The translations under genes and the position numbers were made by a program. From assembly GCA_029263115.1 (NCBI GenBank), contig JAJCYC010000269.1, positions 930 to 64,929 on the forward strand: a stretch of 64,000 nt of DNA, written 5' to 3'. The notes under the pieces are model-generated. The model saw only the letters and a program-made list of their open reading frames with translations. It was not told the origin of the DNA and searched no databases. Each line of letters starts with the position of its first letter. The stretch's first letter is position 1. Source of the DNA: Pseudonocardia sp. Its GTDB lineage: Bacteria; Actinomycetota; Actinomycetes; Mycobacteriales; Pseudonocardiaceae. Below are positions 1 through 7,085 of this stretch, piece after piece.

Positions 1-825
1 GCTGAGCGAGTAGTTGGCGACCGTGGAGTTGGCCGCCACCGGGATCGAGCGGACCAGCCGGCGCAGCGCGTCACCGGCCTCGGCGTCGCCGCGCCAGCCG
101 CGGCGGGGTCGAACCGCCAGCCCGGCGCGGGACGCCCCCCAGAGCTGCAGGCCGGCGTGCATCGCGATCGCGCCGGTGCTGCCGAGGCCGAGCAGCACCA
201 TCATCCCGAGCGGCGCAGCGGACACCCCGAGCCCGGTGCCGTAGATCCGGGTGGCCACGACGACGGTGGCGATGATCCCGACGCTCTCCAGTGCGGGCGC
301 GGCGGCGGCCAGCCCGAAACGGCCCCGGGCCTGTTGAGCGGCGATCCCCAGCGACGCCGCGGCGAACAGCGGCACCTGTGGCGCCACGAACAGGATCAGT
401 ACCAGGGTCAGCAGCCAGGCCCGGCCGCGTTCGGCATCGGGCACCCCGGCGACCAGGGTCCAGGCCAGCGCGGGGGAGGCGACGGCCAGCGCCGCCCCAC
501 CGGTGGCGGCCACCCTGAACAGCCGGCCGCTGATCCGCCCCAGTAATTGCGCCGCGCGGCCCTCGCCGCTCTCCCGGGCCCGGACCAGCAGTGGGACCAG
601 CACCATGGCCAGCACCGGCCCGGCGACGATGGTGAACACGTTGCCCGGCAGCACGTACCCGGCCTGGAATACGTTGGCGAGATAGGTGGGTCCCATCAGC
701 GCCCCGACCACCAGCACCCGCAGCAGCCCGGTGGCCCGGCTCACCAGGGTCCATCCGGCCACGACCAGGGAACGCCGCGCGGTGACCTGCTCCCTGGACC
801 CGGCCTCGCGCACCTGATTGGTCAC
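1..825 (-). CDS. MurJ/MviN-like MOP-superfamily flippase, N-terminal part (3' end runs off the window)
   Basis: Absent from the ORF track because there is no stop in the window. Own minus-strand translation from GTG (825-823): VTNQVREAGSREQVTARRSLVVAGWTLVSRATGLLRVLVVGALMGPTYLANVFQAGYVLPGNVFTIVAGPVLAMVLVPLLV... It has high GC3 and several hydrophobic helices, and the N-terminal pattern is typical of MurJ. Confidence 0.65.
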   Translation of the reverse strand, partial: MTNQVREAGSREQVTARRSLVVAGWTLVSRATGLLRVLVVGALMGPTYLANVFQAGYVLPGNVFTIVAGPVLAMVLVPLLVRARESGEGRAAQLLGRISGRLFRVAATGGAALAVASPALAWTLVAGVPDAERGRAWLLTLVLILFVAPQVPLFAAASLGIAAQQARGRFGLAAAAPALESVGIIATVVVATRIYGTGLGVSAAPLGMMVLLGLGSTGAIAMHAGLQLWGASRAGLAVRPRRGWRGDAEAGDALRRLVRSIPVAANSTVANYSLS

Positions 826-1100
826 CCAGTGTCCTCTCGCCGCCCGTGCGAGTCGGACGCTATGCCCGATCGGGTAAGCGGTTTGGCCGCAAGGAGTTAG
901 CGGAAGGCCAACGCAGCCTGTGTGCATGCTGTGAGTCGGGGCGACCTGCACGAACGGGTGGTGTCCTTCGTCACGCGGTGCTATGGCTGAATCCGTGGGA
1001 TCTGTGGCGTTGTGGCCATCGTGGATGATCCATACGCTGAGCACCGCCGTGACATCAAGCCACCGCGTCACCACACCGCCGTGACCATCGAGGAGCCCCG

Positions 1101-1211
1101 TTGAGCACGAAGAACGTCGCGATCTACCTCTGGCCCGGGATGACCATGCTCGACTCGCTCGGACCGCACCAGGTACTCGGCCTGATGCCGGAGTTCGTCA
1201 CCAACCGCTAG
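1101..1211 (+). pseudogene. DJ-1/PfpI-family N-terminal fragment (36 codons, truncated)
   Basis: TTG at 1101 follows GAGGAG at 1090-1095. Translation LSTKNVAIYLWPGMTMLDSLGPHQVLGLMPEFVTNR* looks like the first strand and helix of DJ-1/PfpI proteins, then stops. Confidence 0.4.
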
Positions 1212-1229
1212 GTCACACGCCAGCGCGAC

Positions 1230-1376
1230 CTAGCAGCCCCCGGCCAGTGCGTAGCCCTCCACCGCTGCGGCCGTGTCGCGGGTCAGCGTGCCGTTGAGCG
1301 CGTTGCGGGCTCCGGGACGGTTCATCGTGATCACCAGGATCCCGTACTGGCGCTCGGTCCGCGGCTCGCCACCCAT
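1230..1376 (-). pseudogene. Enoyl-CoA hydratase (crotonase) remnant with internal deletion
   Basis: The tail of ORF 1230..2642(-) reads MGGEPRTERQYGILVITMNRPGARNALNGTLTRDTAAAVEGYALAGGC*. The ITxNRPxxRNAL crotonase N-terminal motif is joined directly to a GYALAGG-like oxyanion segment. The product is 48 aa, against about 260 aa for an intact enzyme. Confidence 0.45.
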
Positions 1377-1436
1377 ATCCTGCCCCTTGCCGATGTTCGG
1401 AGGTGACCGGCGCTTCCGATCTCCGGTGGCACGATA

Positions 1437-1472
1437 TCCATGGAACGGTGGGCATCCATGGAACGGTGGGCG
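1437..1472 (+). repeat. Perfect-but-one 18-bp tandem duplication (tccatggaacggtgggcr x2)
   Basis: Read directly: 1437-1454 and 1455-1472 differ only at the last base. It lies just upstream of the acyl-CoA dehydrogenase start. Confidence 0.9.
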
Positions 1473-1499
1473 CGGTGCGCGCCGAAGGGGGATGACCGA

Positions 1500-2699
1500 G
1501 TGGTCACCGACGGACGGGCCGAGCTGCGGTCGGTCGTACGGGCGCTGGTCGAGCGGGAGTCGCCCGAGGAGGCGGTGCGGGCGACCATGGACAGCGTGCT
1601 GGGCTACGCCCCCGAGCTGTGGTCCTCGATCGCCGAGCTGGGGCTGCCCGGGCTCGCCGTCCCCGAACGGTTCGGCGGCCGGGGAGCCGGCTGGGCCGAG
1701 CAGGGTGCGGTGTTCACCGAGCTGGGCCGGTCGCTGATGTGCGCGCCGTACCTGGCCACCGTGGGCCTGGCGGTGCCCACGCTGTTGGCCAGCGGCGACG
1801 AGGACGCGGCCGGACGCTGGCTGCCGGGTGTTGCGGCCGGGCGGCTGATCGCCACTGCGGCGCTCAGCGGACCGTTCCGCCGGACCGCGGCTGACGTGCC
1901 GGTGCGTGCGCGGCGCCGCGACGGTGGGTGGCGGCTGTACGGCGTGGAGCCGCACGTGCTGGACGGCGCGGTCGCCGAGCTGCTGCTGGTGCTGGCGGTC
2001 ACCGGACCGGCCGCGGACGGCGTCGGTGCGCCCGCCGAGCGGGACGCCGCGGCCGACGGCTCCGCGGCGGAGGACGGATCGGCAGCGGAGGGCGGGGTCG
2101 GCCTGTTCGCGGTGTCCGACTGGGCTGCGGGGGTCACCGCGACCGCGCCGCGCACCTCCGACCGCACCCGCCGGCTGGCCCGGATCGAGCTGGACGGGGC
2201 GGAGGCCACCCTGGTCGGGGCGCCCGGGCAGGGCCTGCGGACCGCGGCGCTGGCCCGGCCGGCCGCGGTGGCGGCGTTGGCCTGCGAGCAGGTGGGCGGC
2301 GCGGACCGGGTACTGGAGCTGGCGGCCGAGCACGCCCGCACCGTGCAGCGCTTCGGGGTACCCGTCGGGTCGTTCCCGGAGGTCAAGAACCGGTGCGCGG
2401 ACATGCTGGTGGCGGTGGAGTCGGCCCGGTCGGCGGCCTGGGCGGCGCTGCGGTCGTTGGACGGGCTGGAGGTTCGCGCCGACCTGCTGGCCACGATCGC
2501 CGGCGCGGTGTGCGCGGAGTCCTACGCGAGCTGCGCGGCGGACGGCGTGCAGCTGCTCGGCGACACCGCCGAGCACGTCGTGCAGCTGCACCTGCGGCGT
2601 TCCCGGAGCGGGAGCGTGCTGTTCGGCACGCCCCGCGAGCACCGGGCGCTGGCCGCCGAGCTGATTCCCGAGCTCACCGACGACCTGGTCACCGCATGA
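1500..2699 (+). CDS. Acyl-CoA dehydrogenase family protein
   Basis: ORF 1440..2699. Translation ...RAELRSVVRALVERESPEEAVRATMDSVLGYAPELWSSIAELGLPGLAVPERFGGRGAGWAEQGAVFTELGRSL... is typical of ACAD N- and middle domains. The start is uncertain (ATG 1440 inside the tandem repeat, or in-frame GTG 1500). Confidence 0.8.
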   Translation: MVTDGRAELRSVVRALVERESPEEAVRATMDSVLGYAPELWSSIAELGLPGLAVPERFGGRGAGWAEQGAVFTELGRSLMCAPYLATVGLAVPTLLASGDEDAAGRWLPGVAAGRLIATAALSGPFRRTAADVPVRARRRDGGWRLYGVEPHVLDGAVAELLLVLAVTGPAADGVGAPAERDAAADGSAAEDGSAAEGGVGLFAVSDWAAGVTATAPRTSDRTRRLARIELDGAEATLVGAPGQGLRTAALARPAAVAALACEQVGGADRVLELAAEHARTVQRFGVPVGSFPEVKNRCADMLVAVESARSAAWAALRSLDGLEVRADLLATIAGAVCAESYASCAADGVQLLGDTAEHVVQLHLRRSRSGSVLFGTPREHRALAAELIPELTDDLVTA

Positions 2700-3109
2700 C
2701 CGGGCCGGAGCGCGACGGGGCCCCGGCCGGTTGCCGCGGTCCCGAGGGCATGTTCCGCGCGCTGGACGAGGTGTCGGCGGCCGCCGGGGCCCGTGGCCGG
2801 CTGGACGAGACCCTGCGCGACCGGCTCACCCAGCTGTGGATGCGGGTGTGGCTGCTGCGCGTCACCCGGGAGCGGGCGATCGAGGAGGGCGACGAACCGG
2901 ACGCGCCGTCGTTCTCGGTGCTCTCGGTGCTCAGCGAGCAGATCCACGCAGGAATCGCCGACCTGGGCCCGGAGGCGCTCGGACCGGACGCGGCGTGGTC
3001 GGAGGACGACGAGCCGCTGGTCCGCCGGATGCTCGACGCGCACGCCCCGGGCGGCTCCGTCGACCTGCGCGCCGTCCTCGCCGAGCGGGTGCTCGGCTTA
3101 CCTCTCTGA
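2696..3109 (+). CDS. Small acyl-CoA dehydrogenase C-terminal-domain-like protein
   Basis: ATG at 2696 overlaps the upstream stop (ATGA). Translation MTGPERDG...RLDETLRDRLTQLWMRVWLLRVTRERAIEEG...VLSEQIHAGIADLGPEALG...RAVLAERVLGLPL resembles an ACAD C-terminal helical bundle. High GC3. Confidence 0.55.
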   Translation: MTGPERDGAPAGCRGPEGMFRALDEVSAAAGARGRLDETLRDRLTQLWMRVWLLRVTRERAIEEGDEPDAPSFSVLSVLSEQIHAGIADLGPEALGPDAAWSEDDEPLVRRMLDAHAPGGSVDLRAVLAERVLGLPL

Positions 3110-3216
3110 CCGGTCCCGGTCGTTCAGACCCGGGCCGCGCGAGCCCGGGCGCGTTCGAGGTAGCGGGTTCGGCGATTCCGCCCACCGGGCGGGCCGACCT
3201 GCCTACCCTGCCCCCT

Positions 3217-3583
3217 ATGACCGAGCCCCGCCACCTCCACAGTGACGTCGTGATCAACATGAAGGCTCCGTGGTGGCTCGTGATCCCGGGGATTCTGCTG
3301 TCCGGGGCGATCGGGGTGATCGGGCTGCACGCCTCCGTCACCGGGGCACTGACCTACGACACCACCTCCAGTCGGTGCGCGGCTGCTCATGGTCCCGGCG
3401 GAGGCCGAGTTCGAGGCCCGGCACCCCGAGATGGCCCGCTTCCGCCGCGACGACCGGCGCTACCAGGTCCCGATCGGCCCGCGACCGTCGAGCAGGGAGC
3501 TACTCCGGGCCGCGCTGCAGCGGCACGCCGGCGGGCTCGACCACGGCGTCATCGACGAGCCGCACCGGTCGAGCTACGTCTGA
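3217..3583 (+). pseudogene. Small membrane protein apparently split by a frameshift
   Basis: The frame from ATG 3217 (MTEPRHLHSDVVINMKAPWWLVIPGILLSGAIGVIGLHASVTGALTYDTT) has high GC3 only to about 3365. From 3353 the next frame has high GC3 (..LLMVPAEAEFEARHPEMARFRRDDRRYQVPIGPRPSSRELLRAALQRHAGGLDHGVIDEPHRSSYV*, stop at 3583). Confidence 0.3.
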
Positions 3584-3659
3584 TCCGGCTCCGGCCGGGC
3601 CAGCGGCAGCGAGTCGAGACCGAAGGAGTTGGCCGGGGCCGGGAGGACGGGCCCCTGGT

Positions 3660-3831
3660 TCACGCCTTGAGTACCACCTTCAGCGCGTTGTGCCGGCCGG
3701 CGTCGGCGAACACCTCGTAGGCCTCCACGTCCTCGAGGTGCAGGGTGGCCGGCGCGCCGTGCACGCCGATGTTCGCCACCACGCCGCCCGAGCGGACCAA
3801 CGCCCGGACCGTGATAGATCAGCGCCTTCAT
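3660..3831 (-). pseudogene. Zinc-type alcohol dehydrogenase remnant (N- and C-terminal ends only)
   Basis: It starts MKALIYHGPG (Zn-ADH N-terminus). After a frame change it reads VVANIGVHGAPATLHLEDVEAYEVFADAGRHNALKVVLKA* (Zn-ADH C-terminus). About 170 bp remain of a gene normally about 1 kb. Confidence 0.6.
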
Positions 3832-4209
3832 GGTGTCTCCCCGAACCTCGCGGGTTCGCAGACCTGCCCGTCACCCGCGAGTCGTCGATCGGTCGGCTGT
3901 GACGCGGGTTACTCTGCTCGGGTCGGGGAGGCGGGCCCGTCTCAGTGCGCGAATCGGGCGCGGGGCGCGGGGGTGATTCACATCATAGGCCCGAGCAACG
4001 GTTGGCGACTCGGGTGAGGTGGCATCGTGGGTCGACGGGCTGAGGCCCGAGTCTGGCCGCGGGGCTGCGGCCAGGGAGGATTTGGTGCGATCGACTCGAG
4101 CGGCCCCGGGGGGAGGGGAAGTTCGCGCCGATCGCTGCGACAGAATGAGCGTTAACAACTTGGCTGTCAAGACTCCCCCCGCCGAGCGGAGGATGGGGAG
4201 GCCGAACCG

Positions 4210-4707
4210 ATGTCCGACACCGCACCGAAACCCGATCTTGAGCGCTGCCGCGACGTCGCCCGGGAGCTACGTCGGGTCATGCGGGGTATCGACATGTGCC
4301 GACACACGGTCGCCGATCGTTTCCAGCTGACCGTGTCCGAGATGATCACCCTCACCGAGCTGCATGTCTACGGTCCGCTCCGGGCCGGTGACCTGGCCGA
4401 ACGGGTGGGCCTCACCACCGGCAGCGTCACCGCGCTGCTCGACCGCCTGCAGGCCCGGGGTCTGTTGGCGCGCAGCCGCCCGCCGTCCGACCGGCGGGTC
4501 GTGTGGGTCGCGGCGACCCCGGCCGGGATGCGTATCGCCGACGGCCTGGCCGAGCTGCTGGCGGAGACCATCGGGCAGGTCGTCCGGCGGGAGGGGATGC
4601 CACCGGCCGATCAGCTCACCCGCTGCTTCGGCGAGCTGGGCACCGCGCTGCACGAGCTGGCCGCCTCGCCGGCCGCGTTCGGCCCCGCGGGTGGGGAACA
4701 GGGCTAG
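4210..4707 (+). CDS. MarR-family transcriptional regulator
   Basis: 165 aa. The winged-helix segment LTVSEMITLTELHVYGPLRAGDLAERVGLTTGSVTALLDRLQARGLLARSRPPSDRRVVWV is typical of MarR. Confidence 0.85.
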   Translation: MSDTAPKPDLERCRDVARELRRVMRGIDMCRHTVADRFQLTVSEMITLTELHVYGPLRAGDLAERVGLTTGSVTALLDRLQARGLLARSRPPSDRRVVWVAATPAGMRIADGLAELLAETIGQVVRREGMPPADQLTRCFGELGTALHELAASPAAFGPAGGEQG

Positions 4708-4820
4708 CGCCGGATCACCGATCGGCCACGGATGCGGACGTGACGGCCGGTAGCCGCTAATGTGCGGTGCCGATCAGCGTGAGCCCATCATGATGACCCG
4801 ACTGAGCGAGGGAGGTTCCC

Positions 4821-5003
4821 GTGGCCGGGAAGTCCGAGGTGTACCAGGACCGCGCCGGGAAGTTCCGGTTCCGGCTCAAGGCCAGCAACGGCCAGGTGGT
4901 GGCGACCGGTGAGGCCTACGAGTCCAAGACGGCCGCGCTGAAGGGCTGCGAGTCGGTGCAGCGCGCCGCCGACGGCGCCAAGATCGAGGAAGTGGCTGGC
5001 TGA
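4821..5003 (+). CDS. YegP/DUF1508-family small protein
   Basis: 60 aa: MAGKSEVYQDRAGKFRFRLKASNGQVVATGEAYESKTAALKGCESVQRAA. The FRFRLKA.NG..i..sE.Y..k pattern matches YegP repeats. GAGGGAGG RBS upstream. Confidence 0.75.
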   Translation: MAGKSEVYQDRAGKFRFRLKASNGQVVATGEAYESKTAALKGCESVQRAADGAKIEEVAG

Positions 5004-5062
5004 CCACCGCCCGCCCCGCCCGCGACGACGCGGTAACCGACACGCTCGGTGAGCTCTACCGG

Positions 5063-5677
5063 GTGATCCACCGCCGACGCGACGTGCGGGGCGAGTTCAC
5101 CGGCGAGCCGATCGCGCCCGAGGTGCTGGACCGGGTGCTGGGTGCCGCGCACGCCGCCCCCAGCGTCGGGTTGACCCAGCCGTGGGACTTCGTGCTGGTC
5201 TCCCGCCGAGACGTCCGCCAGCGGTTCCGGGACCACGTCGAAGGTGAGCGGGCCGAGTTCGCCGGCACCCTCGACGGCGAGCGGGCCGAGCGGTTCTCCG
5301 GGATCCGGGTCGAGGGGGTGCTGCAGGCCAGCCTCGGCGTGGTGGTCACCTACGACGCCACCCGCGGCGCGCCGGACGTGCTCGGTCGGCACACCATCGC
5401 GGACGCCGGGCTGTACTCGGTGTGCCTGGCGATCCAGAACCTCTGGTTGGCGGCCACCGCGGAGGGCCTGGGGCTGGGCTGGGTGTCGTTCTACCGTGAG
5501 GAGTTCCTCACCGATCTGCTGGGCATCCCGGACGGGGTGCGCCCGGTGGCCTGGTTGTGCCTCGGCCCGGTCAGCCACCTGGAGCAGGTGCCCGACCTGG
5601 AGCGGCACGGCTGGCGTCGACGCCGGCCGCTGGAGCAGGCGGTGCACCACGAGCGCTGGGGATCGGACACGACCTGA
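5063..5677 (+). CDS. bluB: 5,6-dimethylbenzimidazole synthase (BluB, nitroreductase fold)
   Basis: RRRDVRGEFTGEPIAPEVLDRVLGAAHAAPSVGLTQPWDFVLV...AGLYSVCLAIQNLWLAATAEGLGLGWVS...PDLERHGW is BluB-like. The true start may be upstream of GTG 5063, since the frame is open to about 5000 with no ATG or GTG. Confidence 0.75.
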   Translation: MIHRRRDVRGEFTGEPIAPEVLDRVLGAAHAAPSVGLTQPWDFVLVSRRDVRQRFRDHVEGERAEFAGTLDGERAERFSGIRVEGVLQASLGVVVTYDATRGAPDVLGRHTIADAGLYSVCLAIQNLWLAATAEGLGLGWVSFYREEFLTDLLGIPDGVRPVAWLCLGPVSHLEQVPDLERHGWRRRRPLEQAVHHERWGSDTT

Positions 5678-5680
5678 GGC

Positions 5681-6832
5681 TCAGGGTGTGGTCGTCGCGC
5701 GCAGGGTGAGCAGGGTGATCTCCGGCGGGGCGCCGACCCGGACCGGGGGACCCCAGAAGCCGACGCCGCGGGTGACGTACAGCCAGGTGCGTCCGACCCG
5801 GGTCAGCCCGGACATCACCGGCTGGTCGAGCAGCACCACGTGGCCCAGCGGCAGGAACTGCCCGCCGTGGGTGTGCCCGGAGATCTGCAGGTCCACATCG
5901 CGGCGCGACACCTGCTCGATCATCACCGGCTGGTGGGCCAGCAGCACCACCGGCCGCGACGGGTCCCGGCCGGCGAGCGCCGTGTCCAGATCCGCGCCGT
6001 GGCCGGGGGTGCCGTAGCCGGCCGCGATCCGGTCGTCGATCCCGGCCAGGTCGAACGTCGGCGCACCCGCACCGGCGCCGAGCCGCCCCACCGTCACCCG
6101 CTCGTTGCGCAGCACCCGCACCCCGACCGTCGGCAGGAACTCGACCCACTCCCGGGCCCCGGAGAAGTACTCGTGGTTGCCGGTGACGAAGTAGGTCGGT
6201 GAGTTGAGCCCGCCGAGCAGCGTGGCGATCGGTCCGAGCTCCTCGACCGACCCGTCCACCAGGTCGCCGACGATCGCCACCAGGTCCGGCCGCTCGGCGT
6301 TGACCCGGGCCACCACATCGGCCAGGAACGGGCGGCGGTTGAACGTGCCCAGGTGGATGTCGGACAGCGCGGCGATGGTCACCCCGTCCAGGGTCGGGTC
6401 CAGCCGGTCCAGGGCGACCTCGCGCCGCTCCAGCCGGATCGAGCGGGCCTCGACCACCCCGTAGCCGACGGTGCCGGCGGCCAGCAGTCCGGCCGCTCCG
6501 CCGATCAGCCGGGCGAGCAGCATCCGCCGCCCGGGATCCGCCCGCCGGCCCATCAGCGCCCGGGGCAGCTCGGCGACCAGCAGCACCAGCGCGAGGTACA
6601 GCGCGAGCACCAGCCAGAGGTACCCGACCCAGGCCAGCACGGTGGCCGGCGTCCCGGTCGGGTCGAGCACCCGGCGGGTGCCGAACGCGGCCAGCGTGGC
6701 CGCGGCCAGCGCCACCACCAGCAGCGCCCCCCACCGGCGGCGGCCCGAGGGCAGGGTGTCGTGCACCAGCCGTCGGTAGAGGTAGAGGTGCAGCAGGAGC
6801 ACCACGGTGATCACCATCAGCAGGAAGCCCAC
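5681..6832 (-). CDS. Membrane-anchored metallophosphoesterase (YkuE-like)
   Basis: 383 aa. N-terminal TM helices, then the motifs LSDIHLG, DLVAIVGDLVDG, VTGNHEYF and ISGHTHGGQ. Confidence 0.85.
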   Translation of the reverse strand: MGFLLMVITVVLLLHLYLYRRLVHDTLPSGRRRWGALLVVALAAATLAAFGTRRVLDPTGTPATVLAWVGYLWLVLALYLALVLLVAELPRALMGRRADPGRRMLLARLIGGAAGLLAAGTVGYGVVEARSIRLERREVALDRLDPTLDGVTIAALSDIHLGTFNRRPFLADVVARVNAERPDLVAIVGDLVDGSVEELGPIATLLGGLNSPTYFVTGNHEYFSGAREWVEFLPTVGVRVLRNERVTVGRLGAGAGAPTFDLAGIDDRIAAGYGTPGHGADLDTALAGRDPSRPVVLLAHQPVMIEQVSRRDVDLQISGHTHGGQFLPLGHVVLLDQPVMSGLTRVGRTWLYVTRGVGFWGPPVRVGAPPEITLLTLRATTTP

Positions 6833-7085
6833 GGACCAATCCTGCCCGCTGCCGCCGACCGGCCGTCGACGCCCGCTCGAGCGCCCGACGCTGTGCCCGG
6901 AATCACCGTTGTGGGTGGTGGGAGATCACGACTCATCAGTAACACCCCGGCCCCTGACGTCGACCAACCAGTCAGAAGATGTCCGACTCTCCCAGTGTCC
7001 AGGAGTGGATCGTGTACCCAGCCAGGAACGTTCCGGCGGCCCACCGGGCCCGCAGGGCGCAGCCGCGTCGAGAGTCGGTGTAGTC

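Noticed and set aside
846-1028. 60-aa ORF and a weak hairpin (about 883-911) in the 275-bp murJ-upstream spacer
   Set aside because: The ORF has low GC3 and a Cys/Arg-rich composition. The hairpin is only 4+4 bp with a bulge. There is no support for a gene or a structured RNA.
4141-4170. MarR operator in the spacer upstream of the MarR gene (gttaacaacttggctgtcaag)
   Set aside because: It is not a convincing palindrome. The TTGACA-like hexamer lies on the opposite strand and is more simply read as the orphan promoter of the ADH remnant.
6807-7085. N-terminal 93 codons of the tracked 1234-aa GT2 ORF
   Set aside because: The sequence (MITISRKPTDQSCPLPPTGRRRP...) has low GC3 and overlaps the divergent metallophosphoesterase start. 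ATG 7086 is followed directly by a TM helix, so the upstream part is treated as intergenic.
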